From: Lingula anatina
Lineage: Eukaryota > Animalia > Brachiopoda
DNA length: 64,000 nucleotides
Direction of reading: 5' to 3'
Assembly (NCBI GenBank): GCA_051362555.1
Contig: CM120646.1
Coordinates: 19,096,001 to 19,160,000 of the forward strand
Under the pieces are notes generated by a model, which saw nothing but the letters and a program-made list of their open reading frames with translations, was not told the origin of the DNA and did not search any database. Below, one piece after another: positions 28,901 through 43,200 of this stretch. Position 1 is the first letter of the stretch; every line of letters starts with the position of its first letter. The translations under genes were made by a program, and so were the position numbers.

Positions 28901-30318
28901 AATTATGACATATATCTACTAGTACTCGAAAATTTGCAAGACATGCTCTCTTCAGAGATGTTGTTCCTGACATAAGATTTGATACTTAGTGAACTGTGGG
29001 TTTTATGTTCAAAATTTCAAGTCACTTGAAGGTTCTTGGCTTATATGTAGTGAGTCATTGAGGACAGTCCGATAAGTAGTTGAAGATTTATACTGAAATA
29101 TCCGCTGGTCTTTGGATAGTTATTGGGTCAGTTATTTTTCCTTATTCAGCTTGACGTTAATTTTCCCCCCAGCCTAGCATTATAATGGTCACTGGTCATT
29201 GGCATTGTGAAAACACAGGTGGACTAATATACACACAACTACACTAATCTATCCACCAAGAGCCCCCAAATTGAAAGTATTACCATCCTGACAAAATATA
29301 TACACAAAGTCACAATAGCAGGGGGTTGGAAAATTGATGTCCTTTTCATGGAGGGATGTTTAAATCTGATGCCTGCGGGAGGTGGGTGCATTACCACCAC
29401 TAATGCAGAGTCCTGACAATGGTGTGAGCTCCAAAAATTATTTTATGTTCAAGAGGAGTTAAATAGTTGTAAATGGTAGGAGGGCTCGAAAATTAACCCA
29501 TTATTTTGTCCTTACAACAGTGGAAATTGGTCGTTAAGAGGCCTGTATCTCGCACCTGTATCAATATCTCAGGTGGCAACAATGATTTTACTGAAATGAA
29601 ATTAAATGGGATAGAGGAGGGATTTTTTTATACATTCGTAGTCTTTGGGATGTATTGTCAGGTGGGAAAATGGCCTCAGATTCCATGCGGGGCGGCGCAC
29701 AACAGAAGGGTGTGTACTTTTCAGTTTTTGCCTTGGGAGAATTGACCTTTACATTGAAGTTTATTTTATTTTGATGTAAAAAGGTCATACGGCAAAGTTC
29801 CTAACCAAACTAATACCAATTAGACATTATTTGTTGATTTACATGGGAATTTTATGTCCTTTTAGCTTGACAGGGCTCACCAATTCTTGTAATTCAGTTC
29901 ACATTTCCTTCCTTCTTTTATCTATTGAATTTGAAGAATGAATCCTATTTGTAATCAAATTAGTGTACTTCATTTGTGTGTGTGGACCTTCATGTCAAAT
30001 TCAATGTAGAATCCGTATCTTCAAGATTATCATTATCCAGTCTAAAACCTTGTGAAAAAAGAAGGGAAAAAACAGCGTTCAGTGGTCATCATTGGTTCTA
30101 TTATTGTTTTAAGTCATCCAGTTCTCTGCACCTCCCACTTGTGTGACAGATGTAAAAATGTTGTTGCTCCCCAGTTCAGTTTACCTGGAATATGTAGGAA
30201 TAACAGCCAGTGCTGTGGGGATGGGGGTGGTGTTGCTGTTATAGGGCCAGGTGTGACTGCTACGGTGCTGGGCTGAGAACCTTCAAAATTATCTCCGTGT
30301 TAGACATAACAGATTTAG

Positions 30319-30356
<38 letters not shown>

Positions 30357-31487
30357 AGTTTTGCCCCATCTGGTGAGCAGTTTGGTACCAAACTTAATGG
30401 CACTGGTATCTGCATAGAATGATCAAATGATACCTTGCCAAAATTCCCTCTGAAACATATATTTACAGTAGTGAAATGTGAGTAGAAACATGTTTAAAAA
30501 GCCAAATTTTAGAAGGGCTATAGCACCTTGCGTCCCATGTGCAATATTGACAAATTATGATGTAAAGCATGCAGACTTTTGTCATGGTTGGCATATTTGT
30601 CAGCTGTGAAATAACCTAACCAGCATTTGGAATGCTAATGGTTATGGCAGACCTACCCTCACCAGCATACTCCGAAGCCTGTTTAAGAAAAGAACTTGTA
30701 GTACAAAAGTTATAGTCTACTTTGACCAAAGATAAATCTGTAGTAGCCTAGTGAGATATAATATTGTACCTGATTTATGATGTAAGGGAAGGCTAATGTT
30801 TCAGTCCAGTGTTGTTACTGGACTTGTCTGGAAAAAGACTACATTTTTTGGTTTAGGTTTTAGACCAATTTTTTTGCCTTAATTTTCTTTGTGAAACCTG
30901 GTCCCTGTAACTCTTTTGGTTTGTAATATTGCATGTTCCATAGTGCATATCAATGTCAGACACTCCTAGTTCACCCAGGCAGGCAGCGAGTGAGTTTCTG
31001 TCAATTAAAAATATAATGGATTATAGATCTATGGTAGAAATGCTTCAACACGCCCATAAATGTTATTATTTTTGGTCTCTAAATTGAAATGGGATGTGAA
31101 GGAAAAAGAAAATTTTCATTAAATGGTTATGATAGTTTTAGGACCTTGTTTTTGACCTAAGGTTAACAGTGAAAGGCAAGGTTCAGTTGAAGTTAATTCA
31201 GCATTTAATGGATATTCTGCCTTAGAACCAATGGTTTACAAACATTATTATAAATATCCTAGTCACTTTGTACAAAGTTAGAGACACTTCTCCAATTTAT
31301 CAACTTGGTAATTCAGCTTAGTTTGGCTTATTTCTGGAAACTTCCTCATTTCCAAATTTCCAAGGATTTTAAGGTATTTCAAATTCATCTCCATAAACAG
31401 CAAAATTAGGTAAATTAAGTTTTGTGTTGTTTAGAATAAATAGAAAAAGATCATTTCATTTTGTGCTGTTATGAAATTGAATTAAGG

Positions 31488-31578
<91 letters not shown>

Positions 31579-34500
31579 GTTAATTGTTTCAATGTATACT
31601 GTTACTGCACCAGTAACTGGTAAAAGTGGGCAGTAATGGAAGTGAAGTGGTCAAGTGTGGTTACAGTGTCCATCTTCAAGTTGACCAAAGGTGTTTTGAT
31701 CCACTTGCAACTACTCCTTTTAGTGCTGTGCAAATAAACATCATGCAAACAGTGCATGCTCTATTAGTAGAATGAGTTTGGGAAGTGAAGCAAATGCATT
31801 GACTGGTCATTTGTAAGTTGAGAAACAGTGGTCAATACTCCTATTTCAAATCTTGACCTCCAGTAATTTTTACAACATACTGGGTGCACTAGACTATGAG
31901 GGGCAAAAAAACGCTTTGGACAACAACGATAGTCACATGAAATGTAAGAAAATACAGACACAAATACATGGCACTGAACTGGATACTGTAATTGGATTTA
32001 AAGTTGTTGAATGTATGGTGTAGAAATTGTTAAAGAAAGCAGAGCAGGCAAAACGTCTACTATTATTTTTTTTTCCTAAGAGCATAACAGACAACGAATA
32101 TAAATACTGGAGTGATCATAAAAGAGATTGGTAATAGAATCCCTCCAGCGTTTTCAGCTCTTAAGTGCAATTTGCCATGTTTTCTCTCCAGTACTTCTGC
32201 CGATTAAAAGCATCTGTCACAGTGAGAAAATGTCTGCTTGTTATCTTGTCCATACTTTCTGTCCAGACCGTGGCACTGTTCACACTGGGAACCAAAAACC
32301 CGATTACAAATTGGTCTAAGTTGCGTATGCATTGATGTTATGGAACTTAGGTCTTATATTTTGAACAACAAATTAGAAAACCTCCATCTAGATGTTAGCA
32401 ATGATACCCAAGACTGTAGCAGTATGGAGGAATACTGTGGTTACCTACTTCATTGCAATAGTGACCACTAACGTTACTAAACTGTTACAAATCGTGTCTA
32501 CTGAAGCATAATGTGAACACATCTGTTGTAACTCTTATGGAATGTTTGGCTAGAGGAGGAGAGAAGGGGCGGGTTAGATAAGTGGACAGCATTTATGAAA
32601 ATGCCTGCCTGCATGCTTCCTAATCAAGTTAGGGTTATTTGGTGTTAAAATAGTTGATGGTAGACCAGTGAATTGTTGTTAGTATTGTTGATATACAGAG
32701 CCACAGTTTTTTTTTTTTTTTTTTTAATAGTTGATTGATTTGATTAGGCCATGTGAATTTGTCCCAAACATAGTTTCATGACTCAGTATGAAATACATGT
32801 CCTATGATATATAATACAAGATCACTTAGGATTTCTGTGTGCCCTTTATTATTTTAATTGTAGATACAGATAAAAATATTAAATATCATTCACACAGCTG
32901 CACCTATCCACAGGTTATAAATCTATTTCATATATTATTATTTACAGTTTTATAACTGTGGGTATGTGAAAAAGATGTAAGTAATATACAAGTAAATATT
33001 ATTACTTGTATATTTACTTGTATATTACTTACAAGTAAATATTATTACATTTTCTGCAATAATCAAGATCTCCCCCCCCCCCCCCCCCCCCCCCCCAAGT
33101 GCTATGAAAGTCAAGAAAAATACTCTTTGACTGGGAGGAGGGAGAGGGGAAATGATATTTTATAGAGCATAAAAACCTGTTCTGGCAAGGGCATGTTTCA
33201 CAAAAAAAGAACAGTTACAGCAAAAATAATTGTAGGTGGCCACAAAGATGAGTTAGTGTGCATTAAAAAGCATTTAGCACCAGAGGAAAGTAGATATTGA
33301 TTGGTAGGTGTCTCCTGCCCTGTTCCAATGGCATCATTGATATTTAGACAATAATGTCAAAACTTCTCACTCAGAGTATCCCACAGCCTTCAAAATGTCA
33401 GACCATCCCAAGCAGTTGTTGAGTGCAAGTCAATGGGGCCTTTGGCAGGTGCTTCATGGAAATCTATTTGACTGTCATAAATATTTAGTTCTGAGTGGCC
33501 ATTCTTCTAATCAAATTTGTGCCCTGTTTTGGTTGTGCAATATGTTCCAGATGTAGGAGTGGATTCTCTAGCTATGACACATTATGGGGAGATGTTTTTG
33601 GTTGGTGGTTAAGGTGTCAATTGCACTAAATCTGTCATTTTCTTACCTCCTCATTTTCCATTTTCACTATGAAGTATAAACACATTTAGAATATATGCGC
33701 CATCTTGCATGTCTTCTCTTTGTCCTTTTATATTGATATAACATAAAATCCTTTTTTTTTTATCCACATTTTCATCAAATTTCAAAAAAAGTGGAAATCA
33801 TTGCAAATTTTGTTTTCTTTGGCATTACTTGTAGTCAGTTCCCATTTCATCAGTTATCATGCATTAAATCATCATTCCACACTAAGGGAGATGTTATAAT
33901 GCGTAAGTCTTAAAAAGTAAAAAAAAAAATAATAATTTCCCTGGAAGTCAAGAATTTCTGTCATTTCTGGAGACGTGTAAAGTGATAGTGGATCTGCCAT
34001 TCAGCGTATGCCACAGGCTGTGAGCTGAGGAGAATGAAAATAAATTCAATTAACTGCCTGTTAATTAATACAGGCTCTATGGTAACTGGAACTCTCCTGT
34101 GGTGGAGGGGTTGGGCTCATCTTGCAGACGTGTGTATAGTTGCCGTGACGACTGGGTAACCTTTTCTGTTGGGTTAAGGGTCATTGGCAGTCTTCTGGAA
34201 AGAGTTCTTAGCAGTGAAATAATGGAAAGTGTCTTTATGCTAGTTTATTCTTAAATACAAGCTTTGGAATTTGTAATCAAATCACAGGTGCAAAATATCA
34301 CTTTGTCATTTAAAGAGTATCCCTTCAGTATTCAATGCTTGTATTTAAGAATAAACTAGCATAAAGACACTTAAGGGAATACTGAAGGGATACTCTTTAA
34401 ATGACAAAGTGATATTTTGCACCTGTGATTTGATTACAAATTCCAAATACAGAAGGGATACACTTAAATGACAGTGTGATATTTTCCACCTATAATTTGA

Positions 34501-37143
34501 TTACAATTCCAAAATTTTGAGTGTTAAAAGAAGAAGCAAGTTCAAGCGGGTTCTGCAGTATGTACACCGTGTATGTTGGTGACATTTAAATGGCTGTTTA
34601 TTAAGCTGTCCATTTCTTTGCTGCATCTTGTGTGGTACAGGGTGAAATGCCTATGGCAGGAGACACACAGACCAGTGGGAGAATTCCATAAAGAAATAAT
34701 TACAGTCTGTTTTCAGAAGAAAAAACAAAGCCTGTAAACCATTTCCAATTAACTTAATACATCTACTTCATATTTTGATTTTTTTTTCACAAATACCACA
34801 CTCAAAAGAATGTAACTGTTACATTTTTTTAAAATTTATTTATGGCAGACATTTAACAGACTTACACTTAACATTATTTGCCTTCAGGTTATGTACAGAC
34901 AAACATCAAGGTTTTTAAAAAAGCCAGACAGTTTCAAATAAAATTTACCTAAAACCAACTGCTAGCCTAATAGCAGCACCACAGTAAGTGGCAGAGAAGC
35001 TAATCAACAGTTACTGCTAACATATACACAAGTCCCAGGTTGTGAAAACAATATGGCTGCAGCAGGCCTATCCAGGCCAGTGTGTTTATAGGCATTGTTG
35101 GTATAGGGGCGATATATCAACCTTTCATGGTGGGGTGTAGGGGAACAAGTACACTGTGATACTCTCTGCTGGGCTGAGTGGGTAATCCAGATATATTTGA
35201 ACTGCACAAATTGTTTTGCTCTTTCTCATAACATTTCGTGTTGTTTTATGAACTGTTAGTGACAGAAGTATATATTGAAAGTATGTGCCCCCACCCCCAC
35301 TCTTCCTAGAGTCAGAAACGTTGGACCCGTTTGGAGGAAACAGCATTCTCTCTTTTTTTTTCTTTTAGTTAACATTGTTTAACATTGTTCAGACATCTGT
35401 ACCTTCTTAGTCTCTTAATACATCATTGAGGTTGTAAAGCAGCTTTATATGGAGTGTACCATATGATAAATATTGTTTCTGGTTGATTTTACACATAAAG
35501 CTGAACGTGTAGAGAAAACATGTATGAAGTATACTGTTAGAGGTTAAATAAGTGAATTGATGTGAGGAAATGTTCATTAGAACAGATTTTAAAATATGTT
35601 TTTACTACATTTCCTGTGAAGAGCACTGATATGTGTATTTCCCATTTGTTTTAAATACAGCATGCAAACATAGTATCTCGATCAATTTTTAATTTCCTAT
35701 AGGGATATCAAAATTGTCTTTGCCTTGCCTCCTTTTATTGACTAGTATTTCTCTGTTTTTGAAAAATGATCTTGACTTAATGGTTTGTAGGTCTATGCTT
35801 GATAAGTCAAATTATGCTGACTATCTACAGAACTCACTTTACGCAGAGACCAATGAATGAATAAAAATAGTTAAATTATAAATAAAAATGTCCCAAGCCA
35901 TTATTATCACAGCATACGGTGTGTAGAATTTTTTTGCTGAACAATTCAGCAAACAAAACCATTTTCAGTCGTTCCATTGCATTTATGAATTAATTATCTT
36001 TTGACCCCAATATTCCAGCAAATTCCACTGTGTGTGTGGGTTAAAAACATGTATTGTGTTCTGTGTTTTAGCTGGTGCCCAGAATGTGATTCAGTCTTTC
36101 CGTGTGATGCCAAATGACACCAGCGTGATAGCAGGGGAGACAGCAGTATTGAAATGTGAGGTAGACAGCATGCAGGGAATGCTACAGTGGGCCAAGGATG
36201 GGTTTGCATTAGGTAAGTATAAGTTCTGTTGTGGGTCGGGGGTGGGTGAAAAGGGGTATGGGTAGAATTTTGAGGTAGACAGCAAGGCTGGGTTGATATT
36301 AGGAAATTATTGGTAAACGAGGGAAGGAGAGTGTATTCAAATGTGAAGTAAACAGGTATACAATTGCCAATCAAGTGAAAAAGTACACTAAAAGGTAGTG
36401 TCTTCCACCTTGTAATATACTGTAGTAAAGAGATCACTGATAGGCATAGTCTATCAGCAGCAACATTTGATCAACCAAAGAGGAAGGAAAATAAGTTTCC
36501 CTTCTTTTTTGAAAAGAAATCTCACTCTTTGTATCTCTCTTTGCAGGTTTTGATCGCAGCATTATTGGGTACCCTCGCTACTCCATGGTGGGCAGTGTGA
36601 CACTAGGACAGCATAACTTAATGATAACCAACACAGACTTGTCAGATGATGCAGACTTTGAGTGCCAAGTCACCCCATCTCAGAACAACCCACATCTTAA
36701 GGCCAAAGCCCACTTATATGTTATGGGTAAGTGTAATGTATATGATAAATATTTCCCATAACTTATGAAAGACCATAACTCTTTTTGGGAATGGAAAATT
36801 TGGTCTAGTTAAGCAATGATTCAAGGGAGGTGATAAGAAGGGAAAAAAATCATTCTGTAAATTTTGTTTGAGATAAATTTAAGTTCAAGTTATGAGGTGA
36901 GGAGTTTTGCTGAATTTGCTGTATTTGTTTGCCCAAAATTGGCATAGAATTATTGTATGTTAATATAGAGGTTCTTTAGGCAGTATTTCTTATTTTAAAA
37001 TGCCTATTTCTCAAATCCTGTGAAATCCTACCTTTCTCACATGGATTTAAAATTAAGAATTGAGTGTTCAAAATATTTCTAGGGCTTAGATCAATGAAAA
37101 GAAATAATTTTTTAAAAATCAACTTTAACTAGGGACCAGTTGA

Positions 37144-37240
<97 letters not shown>

Positions 37241-40200
37241 TCCAGTCCCTCCAGACCAGCCAGAGATAGAGGGCCATACCAATGGTTCTACAGTAGAGGT
37301 CCTACTCACAGACATCACAGTCAACTTAACATGCAATGCCATGAATGGGAAGCCTGCTCCTGGGTTGATATGGAAAAGAAATGGCCGCGACGTCACGGAA
37401 ACAGTGCAATATTCTACATACTCAAGTGATCCAAGTAAGGATATTTGTGTTAAGAATTCGAAATGTTTTGTAACTTTTAGTATTATTTCTTCCAAATGCA
37501 AAACTTAATTTGATGTGTAAAAAGTTTTTTACAAATACATTCTTAATTGTTAATGGGAAATGTTTGATTTGTGAAATTATTTTAAAGCAGAAAAGGTTTG
37601 ATTTAAGTTTAAGATTTTAATTGTGTTTAATGTCTTTTAGAGCTGTTGCTGAGTGAATGATGACTAATTAGTTATCGGGAAATGTATTCAATAATTTTTT
37701 TCCAGGCAGTAAAAGGGTTAATGCAAAGAGCATAATAACTCTGAACCCAGTGAAGGAAGATAACGGTGCCCTGTATTCTTGCCAAGCAACTCACCCAGCT
37801 CTCAGGAATAAAGTATTAGAAACTGTCATCAAACTTAGTGTGCTATGTAAGTACAGTAATTGCAAAGAATTTTAAAAACGTGCACCTTTCATTATAGTTT
37901 CCTTGCACAAGGTTTTTCATTTTCAGACATTCACAATAATGTTCTTTCTGACACCAAGCTAACTAACTTGTCAAACCTTTTGAATCAATTGTAAGTATAA
38001 CTACATACATATTTTGCCCATGATTTATTCTCTCCTTCTTGTTCAGCAATTAAAAAATATAGCTAATAATGATGTAATGATCATGATATTCAGATGAGCC
38101 CGGGCACCCAGTGATCGCAGGCTACAGGACCAATCAGATCATCCGTACTGGCGACACCGTCACACTCAGCTGTAAATCAGAAGGCGGAAACCCTCTGGCG
38201 CGTGTCGTCTGGTACAAGAACAACATCCAGATCGACTACTCTTTCACAACTGGGGATAACATGGCTGTGAATGACCTTGTGGTGAATGCCGATGCCTCGG
38301 ATAACAATGCGGAATATAAGTGTGAGGTGTCCAATGTGGTGACCCAGGCACCTAAAGTGGCCGCGGTGCTCATGAAAGTTTACTGTGAGTATATAAATTT
38401 TTTATGTACAGCGTAAATATGTAAGATCATAAGATGATTTTGTGTTGTTGGATTAATGAAAGGTCTTTGTTGTTTGTACTAATTGAGCAGTTAAAAAATT
38501 AGGATGTAAATTGTTTTCCTGTCTCGACTAAATTGTCATAAGTCATCATTGGTCCATTGCACCAATCTTTACGTTGTAGATGACCGTGTTTCTTTTTCAA
38601 ACTGATCTTATTATAAATATTAAGTAACAAAGTACTAAACAGTGTTGACTGAAAATTCTTTCTGTACAGTTGCACCAGCAAAGGCAGAAATACTAGGGGC
38701 TGCCAATGCCAGAGCAGGGGAGACCATCATGTTGTCATGTGTCTCTAGCAACAGCAATCCTGCAGCAAAAATTACCTGGATTGCCAAAGGTCAGCAGCTG
38801 TCAGGGGCTACAGAGAGGGTGATTGAGGCTCCAGAGGGTGGGTACAAGACTTATTCTAACCTGACGGTACCTCTCACAGACAGTGAGAATGATGTCATCT
38901 ATGAATGTCAGGCAACCAATGAGGCTTTAGGACAGATGTCAAGAGCAGACGTCACACTGAGGGTGCTATGTAAGTATTCGGATACAAAGTTTAAGTTCAT
39001 TTCTGATATTTGATGATTCTTTTCTTATTTTGATGATTTTTGAAAAATTTCTCTGTCATCAGTCCATTTCAAAGAATTTTTACCAAAAAATATGAAAATT
39101 AACAATAGCTAAAGAACCCATGGGTTAGCAGCAGGCTTTAAAATGACTGTTTCTCTTTCGTTGGACAATATGTTTTGTATAACAATTTCACTTTAAAATC
39201 TTTCAGGACTGGTTATAATTGACTCCCATCAAGCCACTGAGTCATCAGTTATGAATTCAAACCCATATTGCATTTATTTTGTTTCCTTAACAGTGTGAGT
39301 ATGCTAAAAACACCTGATGATAATATGAACTGATAGTTGTCAACACTCTGTCACTCCAGATCCCCCTAACAACCCAGTGATTAGTGGTTACACAGCAGGG
39401 ACCCCCATCAGAGCCAAGTCAGTCCAGACCCTGAGCTGCTCAGCCAGTGGAGGGAATCCCAGGGCAACCATCACTTGGTGGAAAGGTAAGTTGGGACCAG
39501 GCTCACTTAAGACCTAGACCAGAGCTAAAGCTTAACACTTCTAAAGCTTAAGTTAACCTTAACTTGAAGGCCCTAGTTTTGGTCTGTTTGTACTTGGAAT
39601 AAATGTGCAATAGTTCACTGAAGTAATAAAATGATAAAAAAAACATTGGTCAAAAATATTCACCTTTTTTTCACTAAGCTTTACTCATTTGGAAATTCCC
39701 CTATGATATATGTGACTGCAACTAAGGCAACTTCTACACACACAGTGATAATATGTTTATTAGTCATCATCATTTGTGGTCAAGAAGCCAAGAATTACAA
39801 AACAGAGAAAGGAAAAGCTCCATCATGGTGATAACAAAACAAAAATATACACTCACATCCTAATTAATCATCTCATGATTTTTCAAATTGTAGGAGATGA
39901 GGAGCTCCCGTCCAGTGACAAGTCTGTTGGTAAGATTGCCATTGGGGAGATTCAGTTCATAGCACAGGCCAGTGACAATCTGGCGGAGTATAGATGCAAT
40001 GCCACCAACGAGGCCACAATAACACCACTGCTGGATACTGCCAGACTTACTGTGCATTGTAAGTAGACAGTGGTCCCTACATTAAGAATTTACTCAATTA
40101 TATACAGATTAAATTTATAGATAGTGGAAGTTAGGCCTAAATAATAATAAAAAAAAAAAGATCTTTAAGTGTCTGTAGCAAGTCAATGAGTGGGGATGTT

Positions 40201-43200
40201 TTTCCACATTTGTAGACAGTGCCAGCAAACATAAGTGTATTGACTACAGCAGGGATAGGTATATGATTTATTTTATTTAAATAAATAGATGACACAAAGT
40301 TTATGTTGGCAGCAAAGTTTATATTTTTTCTTTGAGTGAAAGACAGAATATCTGGAGAAATTTATAAATTAAAGATATTGAAAAAAAAAATTACAGAATG
40401 ATTTCATGACCTGGAATATTTGTCTGCCCTCCAGTCCCACCAGAGGGTGTTACTGTCACCCAAGACCCTCCAGTGGCCAGAGCTGGCCAGAGACTGACCC
40501 TGAAGTGCAGCAGTTCCAGCAGCAACCCAGCCTCAGTGGTCAGTTGGAAGAAGGACAATCGTCCAATAGGAGCCAGCTCACACTATGTCCAGGATGCTGC
40601 ATATGGCGGCAAGTCCACCATTAGCGAGGTCGTCTTGACACCATCGGAGGAGGATAATGGAGAGAACTATGAGTGTGAGGCCCGCAATGAGGAGCTGAAG
40701 CAGTCAGTTCACAATGCCATTCAGCTGAATGTTTTGTGTACGTATTTTTTCTATGGATGCAGCAGCTTGTTGCACAGATGAAAGTCTGAAAGTTGGACAT
40801 TACTCTAAGACTTAAATTTAAAAAAGAAAGTTTTAAAGTTACAAAGATTTTTTTTTTTTTTTTTTTTTTTTGAAAAAAGTTATGAATAATGATATCAAAA
40901 CTGTATCAGAAAATTTATTCAATGGATCATGCACTATAAAGACAAAAATTAAAAAAGGAAGTTTTAAAAGGCATGAAGAACTAAATTTTGGAAAAAAAGT
41001 TCAAAAAGTGATGAATAAGAATAACAAAACTGCATCAGAAACTTCATGCAGTAGATTGTACACATAAAACATTTACTCTTACTCTACATTTCATGAATTA
41101 TTGTACATTTGAAATAAAAACCATTCATTTATTTATACAATTATTATTATAACTATTTTTTTTTTTTTCAGTCAAGCCCCGTTTCCAGGGCATAGGTTCA
41201 AAGATCAGTATAGTGGAGGGGCAGTCCACGGTGATCAACTTCACGGCCCAGGCAAACCCTGGGGTCACCCAGTACACCTGGTATAAGGAGTCTGAAAAGC
41301 TCATTTTGGGGACCAAGACCAAAAGAGACCTCGCCCTGCCACACTTCATTGTGGATGGAGGCGTGCTGAATATTACCAACATTACGCGGGCCGACATGGG
41401 GAATTACTCCTGCCAGGCTCAGAACAGTGAGGGCGTGGGGACTATTAACTTTACTCTGGATGTGCAGTGTAAGTAGGGGAGCTAGATGCATCGTAGAATC
41501 AAAAATTTAAAGATGTTGTTGGTATCAATACTAACTTATGTTGACTCAAGGCGATTCAAGACAGAGTCCAGTATTTTTATGAATCTGTGAAAGTTTTATC
41601 ATTGTGCCAAAGTACATCTGTTACTACTATTGTTATTGCTATTGTTATTGTACCACCAGCATAGGCGCTGGCGGTAGTAGGTACACGTGGTTTTAGTCCC
41701 AACCCGCATGTTCCGCCAGCTCCTCTGGTTATGATTTTTTTATGGTTGTAATTGTGATTGTTGCCATTTCCATTTTTGTAAAACTGGTAGTATTCGTATG
41801 GCCTTTATAACTAAACTTTTCTGTAATTTCCACATTTCCCAGACCCTGCCAGTATCTCCTCAGTGGTCAGTCCCGTGTATGTGGACAAGGGAGACAGGGC
41901 GTTCCTGGAGTGTCAGGCAGATGCCAACCCCACTGTGCCAGACATGATCAAGTGGACCAGGGTGGATTATGACATGACTCATACTGCCCAGGTCTATGAT
42001 GCAGGTAAGGCACGTGTGTGTGCGTGCATGCGTGTGTGTGTTGGATGAGTGGAAGGTTTTGTTTGGTGATAATTCTGTGTCCAGGCTTTTGATACAGGTG
42101 AACATGTAGACCTAGGCAAAGGTCAAAAATAAAATTTGAATGAATGAATTTACTTCAGGCGTTGTGTCTTTCTTGTGAGATCTCAATGAACTTGTACTTG
42201 TAACATAATTTGTATGTCTTTTGTTGAATGCCTTTTAATGTTTATTTCCTTTGTTCCACATTACAGGGATATCTCGCCTGACTGTGTATAATGTGTCAAA
42301 GACTGATAGTGGCGCCTTTGTGTGCACAGCTAAGAATGGTATAGGAATAGAGGCCACCAAGATAGTAGAACTTATTGTGAAGTGTAAGTAATCACAGTTT
42401 TTAACTGCACCAGTTTAGTGCAATACCTTATGATAGAAATACTGATTCACTGGATCTATTTGTAAGGTACATCTGGATTTAAAATCATGTTTACAGAAAT
42501 TAAGAATGATATTTCTTAACTGTAATTGTTTGTGGAAAACCTAACAATTGACATTATTCATTATTCTTCGTTGAAGATCAGTCAGTATTAATTTTTTAAT
42601 CTATTACCTATTAATCTCTGTGTGCATGTGTGTGAATGTGAGTGAGTGCATGTGTGTGCGCGATTGCACAGAAGTGTCCTGATACAATGCTGTGGAAGAG
42701 AACCTAATTCAAAGATTCAAACGTCGCTTTTTTCTTCAGATCCCCCTGAGATAGAGAAACTGGAGGTGAAGTCAGCAGCAGAACTGGGAGCCAGGGGCAA
42801 GGTTGTCTGCAAGGCTGAGGGGGCGCCACCTGTCTCATTCACATGGTTCAAGGTAGTGTGATTTACAAGTCCTGTTTTCAGTAATTTAGCTGTGGTTTAT
42901 TATGTAGATATTTCAATGCAACAGGAATTAAATAAGTTAACTGTGATTGGTTGGCGGAGAAAATTATGATAATGAATAGCTTCAGTAGAGGCAACATAAC
43001 TAACATAAATAAGATGACATGACTAACTATAAAGATATGTCTCGTATTAATAACACAAATTTTTATTTGTGTTTTCTTAGCCATGCAGTCCATTTTTTGT
43101 GAGTAACAGAAGTGGTTGCTTTCAGAATTTGATTTGTCATAGTTATTAAACATGAGAAAAAAATATTTTTGCCCCTCCACAGATGAATGCTGGTGCTTTG

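Noticed and set aside
37112-37245. Poly-Leu and poly-Asn ORF segments
   Set aside because: They are translations of the intronic (TAT)n microsatellite. Only 37246-37434 on + is exon.
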